From positions 1-64,000 of the IMG/VR virus record IMGVR_UViG_2974512403_000001: a stretch of 64,000 nt of DNA; one strand, given 5' to 3'. This DNA comes from a virus (lineage: Duplodnaviria > Caudoviricetes). The notes below the pieces were generated by a model. The model was not told where the DNA came from and made no database searches. It saw only the letters and a program-made list of their open reading frames with translations. A program made the position numbers and the translations under genes. Below are positions 44,701 through 54,348 of this stretch, piece after piece (within the stretch, counting starts at the first letter, position 1; each line of letters starts with the position of its first letter).

Positions 44701-45657
44701 ATGGTCCTGTTAATCAAATCTGGTGCCTTAAATTGCTTTGATGAAAATAGACGAAAACTGATGATTAACTATATCTCGAAGATCGTTGAGCCAAAGAAGA
44801 AATTGACAACTGTTCAAATTAAAAAAATTGGTAACTACATTCCAAAGGAATTTGAGAATCAAAAGAATGCTTATCTAATGAAAGACTATGTCAAAAATGA
44901 CAAAACATTATATGACAGTCCAATTGGACGATGGTTTTTAAATGTTATTAAACCGCTTATTTCTGATTACGAGAGTACACTTAGAAATAAGCCAGAAGGA
45001 GACTTTTGGAGCATTGAATATGGTAAAATTATCATAGATTCAAAACGTTATAATAAGTGGTTTAATGAGTATTCTAAGCCACTTAAAGATTGGTTGAAAA
45101 CGGATGAAGCTATTAATATTGAAAGAAAGGTTAGATGCTCTGAAATTTGGAAGAAAGAGTGCCAAGGGAACCCAGAACACTGGGCATTTGAAGCCTTAAA
45201 CTTCTATCCAGAAAAACATGAACTTGAAGTATCGAATTTATGGAGCCAACTGCCATACAAATCTTTTAATGATCTAAGTCCAGAACCAAAACTAGTCAAA
45301 ACAGTTAAGTCAAAAAACGGACGGGAGTTCAATATTTATCACACATATATTATCGCTGGTACAATTGTTGCAAAGAACAATGTAAAATCAACTGTTAGTT
45401 TACTAACTCCAGATGGACTTGCGATTGTATCTCTTGGCAGAAACACATATTCTAAGATCGGTAAAAAAGAAATGGTGGGAAAAGGCAAAAATAGAAAGTG
45501 CATTTCAGATAGTTGGTTAGAGCGGGGCGAGATGCTCGTGGTGACTGGCTATCGGCAACAGGATTCGTTCAGACTTAGAAAAGATAGTAATATGAGTACA
45601 ACGGTGATGCTGGCCAAAGGATTTGGAGATAATATCGTATTACAATTTGAAAAGTAA
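41797..45657 (+). CDS. dnaE: DNA polymerase III alpha subunit (family C)
   Basis: PHP HGHTD, TGHE, TTDAHY; GPGRGSS; YPDIDTD; RSEHASG; KFDFLSL; YAFSVSH. Confidence 0.95.
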   Translation: MNKQELIEYGYGNLHGHTDLSSNLRLLDSSITVKEMLDYSTKIGMKAISFTGHEALSDHIKAERYFHSNPDKFKNIKLVLGNEIYLVDRDEMQEAENNNEKFRFSHFLLNALDKKGHDFLQKQSSLAWSHYHRYRSMERVPSYYDEIESLMSDGDYKGHVIASTACLGSFTSQEILAYQQDNDKSHFVNVKNMILWMVKVFGKENVFLELMPSHHEEQIIVNNWLQKISAKMNIPYIITTDAHYLNEAQRPVHSALLLSRNSDRDLTAYDTAHLFSVEELFEFFDDDVLTNAFKALHGIFDRVEDYTLEHSPIVPEGRIPEFEDPKYSDFYRGKELKNIKTMVDSKYKTDRYLTKLALDGLKKYNLVDKEEYLERLDLEVGELVKITHNIGQPMSSYFIAQHDFVNIMWSQSLVGPGRGSSSCWLLNYLIGLTQVDALKYKLPHYRFLSAERVTENKASNYPDIDTDSEGTKRSNIIEKIREIYGKDKVLNFSTFSTIKTRSAIQYAGRGLNIDRPEIDYIVSLLPADGHNEWPITDALLGNDKEDRKPSKKLTEEISKYPKLKETILGLFGLVVGRSEHASGVLIANDSYTAHNALMYTPKGIAVTQFEADDSEYAGMIKFDFLSLSALDKIHSAIDMLVRDHKIEEQGSLRQTYMKYFGPEALDMTDIDMYKMLFNGDVIDAFEFSSSVGYKTLRKLNARDYLALVSANGLMRLTGGDDDELALDRYIRYQNNPDDWDKDMDSAGLNGDEKRLMHELLDDYKGVNNSQERLMQMVLKIAGYSLEEANKLRKSIAKKDKKKQEEQHQFFIKKAKSYGLRDEFANYVWDKQIAIQSGYAFSVSHSLPYTLVLMVEMNICKRFDPVYWQTAVLSVNAKTYGDELSNPDYNKLATAIGQLPKGLVTYPDINDSEVGFVPQINGQSKHILLGLNAISGIGEQEINEIIEKRPYTSLDDFMNRSSDVFSTKKMVLLIKSGALNCFDENRRKLMINYISKIVEPKKKLTTVQIKKIGNYIPKEFENQKNAYLMKDYVKNDKTLYDSPIGRWFLNVIKPLISDYESTLRNKPEGDFWSIEYGKIIIDSKRYNKWFNEYSKPLKDWLKTDEAINIERKVRCSEIWKKECQGNPEHWAFEALNFYPEKHELEVSNLWSQLPYKSFNDLSPEPKLVKTVKSKNGREFNIYHTYIIAGTIVAKNNVKSTVSLLTPDGLAIVSLGRNTYSKIGKKEMVGKGKNRKCISDSWLERGEMLVVTGYRQQDSFRLRKDSNMSTTVMLAKGFGDNIVLQFEK

Positions 45658-45688
45658 AAAAAAGAGACACTCATTAGAGTGTCTCTTT
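45658..45688. terminator. Bidirectional terminator between convergent operons
   Basis: AAAGAGACACTC-ATTA-GAGTGTCTCTTT. Confidence 0.85.
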
Positions 45689-45692
45689 CGTA

Positions 45693-45938
45693 TTATCTAA
45701 CGGCATAACCTAATGTTAGACCATAAAAATCGTATTCGTCGATATTCATTTTCTTAACCATAGCGTTAAATTTTCGTTTATCAATCTTACCATCACCGTA
45801 TTTTTCATGATAGATCATATCAAGGTAGTCACTTAAATCATGTTCATTTAAGAATACAGACATTCCTTTGGCGCGTGATCCAAACAGAACTGCACGAGTG
45901 ATTCCAGCTTCTCCATCTTTTACTTCAATTTTAGCCAT
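45693..45938 (-). CDS. Hypothetical protein (81 aa)
   Basis: GGAG RBS; start MAKIEV. Confidence 0.75.
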   Translation of the reverse strand: MAKIEVKDGEAGITRAVLFGSRAKGMSVFLNEHDLSDYLDMIYHEKYGDGKIDKRKFNAMVKKMNIDEYDFYGLTLGYAVR

Positions 45939-45948
45939 AAAAATTCTC

Positions 45949-46923
45949 CTATTCGATGTCAATTCCAAATGCGTTACTTAACTTGTCATCATCATGATTC
46001 TTCAAATAACCCTCAGTAGTTTCTGAGCTGGAATGATGAGCAATTAACTTCAAAACTTCGATTGGCAATGCGTCTTTTCCAGATTCGATTAGAACGTGGT
46101 GGGTGCCCATAGAGTAATTTTCAAGCCCAGTCCTTCTGAAATCATGAGGATGGATAGTAATTTCTTCTCCAGTAATTTTGGATAAAATACGTCCAAACTG
46201 GTTGCACCATTCATAAAAAACGGAATAGTTGATCCGATGTCTTTTATCACCATAATCTGAAACCCACAATGAATCAATATCATCTTCACCACGCTGTTTT
46301 AAATATAGGTCTGCAAGCTGTTGGGTACGTTTAAAATAAATTAACTGGAATCTTTTTGCACGTTTACCGATGACTGTGTTCGTTTGATTAGATTTAACAA
46401 AGTCTTTTTTGTTTACTTGAAGAATTTCATTTCTTCTACCACATGATTCGTAGGCCAAACTTACAAACAAAGCCTTCTCATATTTCTTATGTCGGACTAA
46501 ATAATCTAATAACGTGTTAATTTGTTTATCAGTTAAATAAGTGTGAGACTTAACTGGTTCTTTAATTAGACCTTTAATGGCGTGCATTTCGTTAATGTCA
46601 TAGTCATAGTCTTCACTAATCATTAAATACTCTAAGAAATTTCTTAAGCTACTTTGGAAACGATTAATCCTAGCGTGGCTAGTGCCATCGCGTTGCATCA
46701 ACAGAAAGAAATTTCTAAAGTCCTTACGTTTCAATTGTAAGACGGTTTTCTTAGGAAACTTTTTATTTGAATAACACAAAAAACCTTTAATGTCAGCACT
46801 ATATTGATAACGTGTCTTAACAGCACGTCCATTGGCTTCAAGTTCTAGGAGATAATCATCTAAAGCTTCTTTATCTTCATCTTTAACTTTATTGTCCCAA
46901 ACTTCTTGGTCAAATAGTTCCAT
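45949..46923 (-). CDS. Tyrosine recombinase (XerC/D-integrase family)
   Basis: Catalytic set R (CGRRNE), K (GKR), HxxR (HDFR), H (IAHH), Y (TEGY); N-terminal core-binding domain. Confidence 0.9.
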   Translation of the reverse strand: MELFDQEVWDNKVKDEDKEALDDYLLELEANGRAVKTRYQYSADIKGFLCYSNKKFPKKTVLQLKRKDFRNFFLLMQRDGTSHARINRFQSSLRNFLEYLMISEDYDYDINEMHAIKGLIKEPVKSHTYLTDKQINTLLDYLVRHKKYEKALFVSLAYESCGRRNEILQVNKKDFVKSNQTNTVIGKRAKRFQLIYFKRTQQLADLYLKQRGEDDIDSLWVSDYGDKRHRINYSVFYEWCNQFGRILSKITGEEITIHPHDFRRTGLENYSMGTHHVLIESGKDALPIEVLKLIAHHSSSETTEGYLKNHDDDKLSNAFGIDIE

Positions 46924-46979
46924 TGTCTCTCACCATTCCTTTTCATATACTATATGTATGCCCCTGATCGGGGCGATTG

Positions 46980-47402
46980 TTAAGCTTGACTAGCCTGTGA
47001 TTCTTGTACAGCAGATTCACTCGTTACAGGAGCAACGGCAGATTCTACTTGAGATGATGCAATAGAAGCTTGTGATTCTGCAACGGATGCTTGTGATGCG
47101 GCCTGTGATACAGCTTGACTAGCTGCTTGTTTTGTGTTATTGACTTCGCTTTGAACTTCTGTCTCAGCGTCTTCTTGGATCGTTGGGGCTGATACAGTTT
47201 GAACATCGGTCACAACACCGAGCATACCAAGAATCGTTAATACCGTGTTAATAACAGCAACAATACTGGTCCAGTCTCCAGGGAATTTAATCCCAAAGGC
47301 AAACAATACTTGTTGGATCAACACGATCAATAATGAGATAATCCCAGCAATTAACTTACCATTTAAGCTTCCATCAGCATTCTTAAAACTAATTTTTTTC
47401 AT
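46980..47402 (-). CDS. Holin with S/Q/A-rich C-terminal tail
   Basis: NGKLIAGIISLLIVLIQQV, two TM; downstream of endolysin. Confidence 0.8.
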   Translation of the reverse strand: MKKISFKNADGSLNGKLIAGIISLLIVLIQQVLFAFGIKFPGDWTSIVAVINTVLTILGMLGVVTDVQTVSAPTIQEDAETEVQSEVNNTKQAASQAVSQAASQASVAESQASIASSQVESAVAPVTSESAVQESQASQA

Positions 47403-47685
47403 TTTTTTCAGCTTCCTTTTCATATAGGTGTTTAAATTCCATATCGTGACCATCTAGTCGCCCTTCGGCCTTAATAATTCTATTTTCAAGACCATTAATC
47501 TGATCGGCGCTTTGTTGTCTGAACTTCATGCTCTCGTCAGTAAATTTGTCAATTCTGTTGCTCACTTGATTAAGTGGGTTCCTGACAGTTTTGTTTAAAA
47601 TCCAATTAGCTAAAACGCAGACACTTGTTATGATCGCCACAATTGACCCCCATTCGTCCCAACCTAAACCGAGAAAAATGTGCAT
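47389..47685 (-). CDS. Membrane-anchored coiled-coil lysis-cassette protein
   Basis: N-terminal TM then heptads; between endolysin and holin. Confidence 0.7.
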   Translation of the reverse strand: MHIFLGLGWDEWGSIVAIITSVCVLANWILNKTVRNPLNQVSNRIDKFTDESMKFRQQSADQINGLENRIIKAEGRLDGHDMEFKHLYEKEAEKNEKN

Positions 47686-47687
47686 GA

Positions 47688-49073
47688 TTACCGCACCACC
47701 AAACGTTGTCCAGGATAAATGGTCGACCAAGAATAAATACCATTTAAACTGGCTAATTTTGACACAGTTGTACCGTTATCATTGGCAATCTTCCACAAAC
47801 TATCACCTGAAACGACCGTGTGATACGTGTGAGAGACACCAACAACTCGCTTACCGTAGCTTTCACCACCATTTACACCTAATGCAATGTAACCGTAGTA
47901 ACCGTTAGATCGTAAGTATCTCGCCCAAACATAGTCAGACTTGATAATTACTTGGTTGTACTGAACGCTTTCACCACTAAAGTAAGTAGCTACCTTAGAG
48001 TACCCAGTTCCTGCCCCAGAACGTACATTTAAAGTTGTGTTAGGGTAGAAAGTGCCATTTTGGTTGTAGGTTTGAGAGCTTGCTTTGTTATTTGAAGTTG
48101 AGTTTGAACTAGAACCTTGCTTTGTAACATGTTCTGCTAATGTCCAACCAACAGCAGTGCTACCACTCTTTAATAGTAACATCTGGTTTGACTTACCCTC
48201 AGTGACTTGTTTTACTTGGCCAACCGTATAAGTCTTATGAAGAACAGAGCTTGAAATTGGCGTCTTGGTGTCTCCAGCATCCCATTTTGCGACACTAGAA
48301 TTAATCTTAACTTTATCACCAACTTTATATCCACCGACATAATACTTGGTTACATCTTGCTTGTTGGCTGCGTTGTCGCCAATCCACCACTTAACAGGAT
48401 GCTTTGAGGTGATAACCTTGTTGGTATCAACTGCTAAACTAAGGCTTGTTGAATAACCAGAGTCTGTGTGTTGCCATAAAGCCGGGTCTTTGAGATAATG
48501 ATTGCTGTAGTTTGCTTCCCAGAATCCGTCGTAATTACTCATTGATCCGATGTAGTTATTGTAGAAATAACTGCCGGAATACAAGATAACTGGACGCTTG
48601 GTCAAACTTTGCATCTCACTACCCCACGCTGAAACAGCACTTGAATAACTACCAGAAGTAGTTGTCATTTCTTCGGCATCGTTAGCAAAAAACTTAGCAT
48701 GTGGAGCGCGACTATGCAGATCCTTCGCTTCTTGTTTGGCATCCGCAGCGTTGATATAACGCGAATACGAATAAACGCCATATGGTGTCCCAGCCTTTTC
48801 AAGATTAGCAATAGTGTTTTTATATTGCACATCTTGATAATTAGATCCGTACTGAACCCGCACAATAACAAATGACGTCTCAGATTTTAATGCAAGCGCC
48901 TTTTGATAGGTAACTGCGCCTTGCCATTCTGAAATATCAATAACCTTTTTAACAACCGCACCATCGCTAGTATTAGCAGCTTTAGCTGTTTGTGGTAAGG
49001 CCGTGGATCCAAACACTCCTAGTGCCAGAGCAGTCATGGAACCATATAGTGCACGTTTTACTTTATTTTTCAT
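47688..49073 (-). CDS. Endolysin: signal peptide + GH25 muramidase + SH3b + LysM
   Basis: IDISEWQG, NDAEE, LWQHTD; LNVRSGAG (SH3); TVVSGDSLWKIA (LysM). Confidence 0.92.
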   Translation of the reverse strand: MKNKVKRALYGSMTALALGVFGSTALPQTAKAANTSDGAVVKKVIDISEWQGAVTYQKALALKSETSFVIVRVQYGSNYQDVQYKNTIANLEKAGTPYGVYSYSRYINAADAKQEAKDLHSRAPHAKFFANDAEEMTTTSGSYSSAVSAWGSEMQSLTKRPVILYSGSYFYNNYIGSMSNYDGFWEANYSNHYLKDPALWQHTDSGYSTSLSLAVDTNKVITSKHPVKWWIGDNAANKQDVTKYYVGGYKVGDKVKINSSVAKWDAGDTKTPISSSVLHKTYTVGQVKQVTEGKSNQMLLLKSGSTAVGWTLAEHVTKQGSSSNSTSNNKASSQTYNQNGTFYPNTTLNVRSGAGTGYSKVATYFSGESVQYNQVIIKSDYVWARYLRSNGYYGYIALGVNGGESYGKRVVGVSHTYHTVVSGDSLWKIANDNGTTVSKLASLNGIYSWSTIYPGQRLVVR

Positions 49074-49135
49074 TCTGTATGCACCTTTCTATAATATTTC
49101 GTGATTTATTTCGATTTAAAATTCAAATTTTATTG

Positions 49136-50335
49136 TTACTTAGGGTTGATGACAATATCAGCAGAAACTTGCAACTGCATTGACGTTGTGATTGCTGTCG
49201 CGGTTCCGGCAGTATTATGCTTAATTACCGATACTGCACCACTCGGTTGCCAAAACAATGTATATAAATTAAAATTAGACCCCTGCTGAATAACACCAAT
49301 CCTCTCTGTAATAGTACCAATAGAAGAAGGTAAATTAAACAATACGGGAGTAGCTCCAGCTTCAAGGTCTGCACTTGGAGATACAAAACCACTAACATGC
49401 AAAATGTTTCCAGTTAATACGTATTTTAAGGCTCCTGTACTACTGGTTGTGCCTGCTCCGTAGAATGCTGGCTCAACATCTAAAGTGCCAGACGTTTGAG
49501 TAACAAGCTTCTTCCATGGGTGAGTAATAAATGCGCCGTTACCATCTGTTTCGATAGATGTTGTGTAAATATCACGAGACTGGTATGGATGAAGTTCAAG
49601 TTGATTATAAACCCACGTAGGGTTACCAGCAGAACCTGCTGGTCTATTTGCTGGTGAAGCAGTTTTAATATCAAGTGTGAATACCGTTGTCACAGGACAG
49701 TTCAATAATGAACCGGCGGCCGCGTTAGAGTTGACGCACAAATGCTCTGTATTGCCAGTATTGTTAACGTGGGTAAATAAATCAGTACCATTAGGAATAG
49801 AAGTGTACTTTATTTTATTGTCAATAAGTGTGTTTACTTGGTCGTTAGTCATGACGCCTTGCGGACCAATAGGCCCAGTATCACCCTTGTCACCCTTAGC
49901 AATCGTGCTGGCGGCTTTGTTCATCGCCTTAACAAAGTCATCATAACTAATTGATGTGATAACTGAACCAGATTGACTTTCAATGTTATTATTGATTGTA
50001 AATCCTGTTAAAGCACCACTAGGGTAGATAGCAACTCCGCTATCATAAGTCACCCATACTTCTAACAAGTAAGACCCTGCTGGAAGACCACTCATAAAGT
50101 CAGAATCAAATTTAATAACCACTTGACCAGACAGGGGATCTGGAATATTATCAGAAGTGACTGTTTGTTCTTTCAGGTAGCCGGTGCTATTACCTATCTT
50201 AGCAATAATACTTGTTGCGTTAGTAAGGTCAACAGGGTTGCTATCTTCGCCCAATACCATTGTGAAACTGGTAGTCGTATCACCAATTTTTACGGTTTGA
50301 GCAGAAGTATCAGCATATTCTAATGTCTTTGCCAA
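49136..50335 (-). CDS. Baseplate/receptor-binding protein (BppU-like N-terminus, short collagen-like motif)
   Basis: VKIGDTTTSF...VWV...IYPS; GDKGDTGPIGPQG. Confidence 0.75.
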   Translation of the reverse strand: MAKTLEYADTSAQTVKIGDTTTSFTMVLGEDSNPVDLTNATSIIAKIGNSTGYLKEQTVTSDNIPDPLSGQVVIKFDSDFMSGLPAGSYLLEVWVTYDSGVAIYPSGALTGFTINNNIESQSGSVITSISYDDFVKAMNKAASTIAKGDKGDTGPIGPQGVMTNDQVNTLIDNKIKYTSIPNGTDLFTHVNNTGNTEHLCVNSNAAAGSLLNCPVTTVFTLDIKTASPANRPAGSAGNPTWVYNQLELHPYQSRDIYTTSIETDGNGAFITHPWKKLVTQTSGTLDVEPAFYGAGTTSSTGALKYVLTGNILHVSGFVSPSADLEAGATPVLFNLPSSIGTITERIGVIQQGSNFNLYTLFWQPSGAVSVIKHNTAGTATAITTSMQLQVSADIVINPK

Positions 50336-50351
50336 ACCAAATCATTCCTTT

Positions 50352-50774
50352 CTATCGCTTATCAAAGTCAACATCTAATGCAATACATAATGCGTCATAA
50401 CACGTTGCTTCATCGCCAGACACATTAATATCTGCATTCAATAAGAAGTCTTGGCAGTCTTTTTTGTGATGTGAATAGGTAGCTTTTTCAATTTCGCCAT
50501 TTTCCATCATTAATTCAAAATACGATTTTCTGAAAGCTACATCATTTTCAGGCGTAAAGTTGTATTGACCGTCTTTAACAATCAATTCACCTTTATCGTC
50601 TTTATCGGCGTATTCTTTAATTAGGTCTTTTTGAAGACCAACGATTTCATCATTTTTATCAGACAACATTTTAATTAAACGAGTCCTAGCAATTGATTGA
50701 TAGCCAGCAAGTGGCAATCTCTTTAGGAACTCAATTGATGGTGCAACAAATTGGTTTTGTAATTCAAATTTCAT
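50352..50774 (-). CDS. DUF1617-like protein
   Basis: SIARTRLIKML...LIKEYADKDDKG; position after tail fibre. Confidence 0.75.
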   Translation of the reverse strand: MKFELQNQFVAPSIEFLKRLPLAGYQSIARTRLIKMLSDKNDEIVGLQKDLIKEYADKDDKGELIVKDGQYNFTPENDVAFRKSYFELMMENGEIEKATYSHHKKDCQDFLLNADINVSGDEATCYDALCIALDVDFDKR

Positions 50775-50787
50775 AGCTTAATTCCTC

Positions 50788-51009
50788 CTATTTTTCTTCG
50801 CTAGTTGGTCTTAATGCTGTTAAACTGTCAATCAGCGTATTAAGAACTTTTAACTTAACATTATCGACACCACCTACAATAGCAGTGTTAAATTCGTCCA
50901 TAGTAATACTTACTTGTGAACTAATTGCCAATGTGTTAATCTGAACACTAATAGTCATAATGTTATTTGTGTAATCTGGTTTATAATTCATAATTAAGAT
51001 GTTATTCAT
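50788..51009 (-). CDS. Small tail-associated protein (73 aa)
   Basis: Overlaps tail fibre stop. Confidence 0.7.
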   Translation of the reverse strand: MNNILIMNYKPDYTNNIMTISVQINTLAISSQVSITMDEFNTAIVGGVDNVKLKVLNTLIDSLTALRPTSEEK

Positions 51010-54000
51010 TTAATTTGTCCTCCAGTTTGTTTAACCTTGATTCTAGTTCCATATTATGGCCGTTCAAGGCAGAAATTTGTTTTTGTTGTTCTTGGATAGT
51101 TGCTAAAGCGGCATTTAACAGCACACTGTTATCAACACCGCTTAGTTTTCCATTTTCATCACGATTAATAAAAATGTCTGGTAACTGCCACTGCTTTGTT
51201 TCGTTAACGTCATCAACGATACCAGACAACCTAATGTGACTGGTGTTATCATCTGTTTTATATTGATAGGTTGCTAAATCAATCGCATTAACTAATTGTG
51301 CCCAGTAAGCAGTATCTGCTTTCTTTACGTCTCGCTTAACACTAAGTAGTGATGAATTAACAAGGCTTGTGTAATGAACTGCACCAGCATAAATATCAAC
51401 AGTTCCACCTCCGCCTTTAGCAAAGTGGATAGCGCCCTTATCAGCACTAGTAACTGTGTGACCAGTATTAATCTGGATATTTCCGACGTCTAGTTCGCGA
51501 TTAAACTGAATAGGATTGTTTCCAGACGTGTCTGTACCAAAGTTCGCAATATCAGATCCTGAAAAATTGGTAACTCGCCACCAAGTAGAAGCTTGGTCTG
51601 CAATGATATTTCCATAACTGTTAAACGTAACACCTGTGCCATTCATTTGAAGACCGCTAAAATGAATAGATTGTGTGCTACCCCACAGGTGGATTCCGTT
51701 TAGTGGGCTAAGAACAACTTGACCTGTTAGTTGATTACCAGAAACAGATTGCGAGAACGACGTGTCTTTACCATTCGTAAATCCAGAGTTTAGCGAGATT
51801 GCATCACCACTAAAGTTACCATCATAAGCCTCGTATTGACTACCAGAAGCATTTATAGCACGGTACATAGTTCTTAAACCGCCACCACTCATCTCTGTCC
51901 TTAGAGCGTCCATCGAGTTAAATAACGTCGTAGAAGCTTTGCCAGTAGGTTCGATGGTAAACGGATAAAAATTACTAGTATTATTAGCATTATTGATAAG
52001 GTCTCCACCGTGAAAAGTAGTTGCATTAATGGTTGAACCGCTAATGATACTACCTAAAACAGTACCGGCACTAACAACATTACCGGCGTCTGGTTGGTAG
52101 CCAGTTGAATGAGCAGTTTGTGTCAACATTGGTTGACTCCACGCGACGTGTCCCTTACCGTTATAAGCCCAAAATTGCAAAGCCACGTACTTGGCGTTGC
52201 TTGGGGCGACCACGTTATCAATGGTGAAATAAATACTGCCACTATCCCCACCAGTTGCTGTGTAGTTAAACCCCTTAAAACCACTAATACGTGAATTACT
52301 ATTCTTATCAGTGAAGAACGCTAGAGCACATTGGAACGACATTCCACTAGCAGAACCGTAGTCTCTGAAAGTTCCAGAAGCACTATACGGAATACCAGTC
52401 TGTGTCACAGGCTGATAATAGGTCGTCGCGTAATTATCCCAACCTGTCGTCGTGCTTGCCCAGGCTATAGCTGGCAAACCATCGTATAAAACGGTGTCGG
52501 AATAGTAACCTTCACCATTCATATTCCAACCAGGAATATATGTCCCGTTGCCGCCAGACAACGATGAATTATAAACTAAGTTTGTTGAACCACGAATGAT
52601 TAAACTTGTGGCGGTGACAAGACCGTTCGAGTCTACTGTGAAAGTCCCGTTGTTAGTCGTAAAAGTATTGGCCGCGATGTCAGCCGCTGTCAATTTCTTG
52701 CCAACAAGGAGTGTGTCAATATTCGCGCTTTTCATAATAACAGGGTCGACACTATCAAGGAAAACACTTTTTCCAGATAATGTTAATTGACCACTAGATG
52801 AAATCAAAGTGTTACCAGCTTGTAAGTTGATTTCGTCAATTAGGTCGTCTTTTGACACCTTAATTAACACGTCGTTAATTGTCTGTGAAATCATGGAGTC
52901 TTGACCACCATAAATATAGTTTGTCGCAGTGTCACCTGGTTCCATCTTTAGCTCAGTAAAGAATAAGCCAGAAGAAGCTCCATTGTTAGAACCGATATTA
53001 TCAACTCTGATATAACCCTCATTGTCATTAGCACCAGTCGTAAACGTAACTGTATACTGGTCTATATGTGACGGAGAAGTTACCAGATTCTTGAATAAAC
53101 CATGGACTGTATCATAATCACTGGTGGAACCATAAGAACGTGACAGGAAAAATACATTGGCCCCAATAACATTAGATGAAGCAAACGCTTTAAATTGGAA
53201 CGTATACTTTGTGTTTGGTAATACTGAAAAACGTAATGAGCCAGCGGCGCAAGTTGCGTTCTGCGCTGTATTGAGGTATAATAGCTTTCCAGTACCATTT
53301 TGGTAGAAAGTGTGAGTAGTTACCAATAGTTTTTTATCAGTTGCTCCCCAGCCCGCTAATTGCCAACCTTCTAAAGAATCTGAAAAGTTGCTAGAGTAAG
53401 GTATTAAGTTAACGTTGTTGGCGTCTTTCTTAGAAACCTTGCTGGCAATCATACCATCTGTTTGCGTTTGATAAGATTCAAAATCGCTAGAAGAAACTTT
53501 TGAAGCAATATCTTTAGCCGTTTGAGTTTTGTCTGTTTGATAAGTTCCGTTATCAACCTTTGCCTCAATCAATTTGCTTGTTTGAGTTTGGTAAGTTTGA
53601 AAGTCGGCCTCTTTAACTGTCTCCGCAAACTGACTAGCAGTTTGTGTCTGGTACGTTGTGAATGTATCGTTAGAAACCTTCGTACCCAAACCATTCTCTA
53701 ATTCTGCAATGGTTAAGGTTGAGCCACCTTTTAGTTTTGTGATTTCAGCAGTGGCGCTAGTGGCAGTGTCAAGAGCGCTATTAGCTTGCGATGAAGCTTC
53801 GGAAGCGCTCTTAGAAGCTTCTGAAACAGCACTTGCTTGTGAAGCAATCTGACTGTTGGTGTAATCAACAGCAGATTGTGCTTGACTGGCCGCCTGACTG
53901 GCTGTCGACGCTGCTTGACTAGTGGCACTAGCTGCACTTGTAAACTTACTGTCTGTATTATTCTTTAAGGCTGTTTGTATCTTTGCAAGTTCTGAATTAT

Positions 54001-54337
54001 AGGCGTCTTGATAATTTTTATAAGTCTTTCGATCTACATCACTGGCGTGATCTGGATCTGTCAACACATCAATCATGAACTTGTTTAAATTATTATATGC
54101 GGTGGTTAAAGAATCTGTATTGATTCCTTCATCCTTTGCATTTTGAACAAGTACATTGTATTGTGACGTCAATCCCGCAAATTGTACGACGTTATTTTGT
54201 TTTTCAATCACAGACATCAAGTTAGGATCATTTAAATCCGTAACTCCTTTTACAGCAGTGTTTGCTGTGTCTTGGGAGTCCTGTGCAAGTTTTGTCGGAT
54301 TGGTAATATTAACTTCGACAAATGAACTTCTTGACAT
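51002..54337 (-). CDS. Tail fibre/host-specificity protein with CBM-like modules and C-terminal S74-type chaperone
   Basis: NLIPYSSNFS and NLVYNSS CBM-like starts; KLEPG-type motif; C-terminal SSLLSVKRDVK...ATYQYK + coiled coil. Confidence 0.85.
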   Translation of the reverse strand: MSRSSFVEVNITNPTKLAQDSQDTANTAVKGVTDLNDPNLMSVIEKQNNVVQFAGLTSQYNVLVQNAKDEGINTDSLTTAYNNLNKFMIDVLTDPDHASDVDRKTYKNYQDAYNSELAKIQTALKNNTDSKFTSAASATSQAASTASQAASQAQSAVDYTNSQIASQASAVSEASKSASEASSQANSALDTATSATAEITKLKGGSTLTIAELENGLGTKVSNDTFTTYQTQTASQFAETVKEADFQTYQTQTSKLIEAKVDNGTYQTDKTQTAKDIASKVSSSDFESYQTQTDGMIASKVSKKDANNVNLIPYSSNFSDSLEGWQLAGWGATDKKLLVTTHTFYQNGTGKLLYLNTAQNATCAAGSLRFSVLPNTKYTFQFKAFASSNVIGANVFFLSRSYGSTSDYDTVHGLFKNLVTSPSHIDQYTVTFTTGANDNEGYIRVDNIGSNNGASSGLFFTELKMEPGDTATNYIYGGQDSMISQTINDVLIKVSKDDLIDEINLQAGNTLISSSGQLTLSGKSVFLDSVDPVIMKSANIDTLLVGKKLTAADIAANTFTTNNGTFTVDSNGLVTATSLIIRGSTNLVYNSSLSGGNGTYIPGWNMNGEGYYSDTVLYDGLPAIAWASTTTGWDNYATTYYQPVTQTGIPYSASGTFRDYGSASGMSFQCALAFFTDKNSNSRISGFKGFNYTATGGDSGSIYFTIDNVVAPSNAKYVALQFWAYNGKGHVAWSQPMLTQTAHSTGYQPDAGNVVSAGTVLGSIISGSTINATTFHGGDLINNANNTSNFYPFTIEPTGKASTTLFNSMDALRTEMSGGGLRTMYRAINASGSQYEAYDGNFSGDAISLNSGFTNGKDTSFSQSVSGNQLTGQVVLSPLNGIHLWGSTQSIHFSGLQMNGTGVTFNSYGNIIADQASTWWRVTNFSGSDIANFGTDTSGNNPIQFNRELDVGNIQINTGHTVTSADKGAIHFAKGGGGTVDIYAGAVHYTSLVNSSLLSVKRDVKKADTAYWAQLVNAIDLATYQYKTDDNTSHIRLSGIVDDVNETKQWQLPDIFINRDENGKLSGVDNSVLLNAALATIQEQQKQISALNGHNMELESRLNKLEDKLNE

Positions 54338-54348
54338 TTAATAGCCTC

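Noticed and set aside
41797-45657. Intein or intron in dnaE, helicase or primase
   Set aside because: Lengths are typical and no C...HN/C,S,T splice signature or frame break was seen
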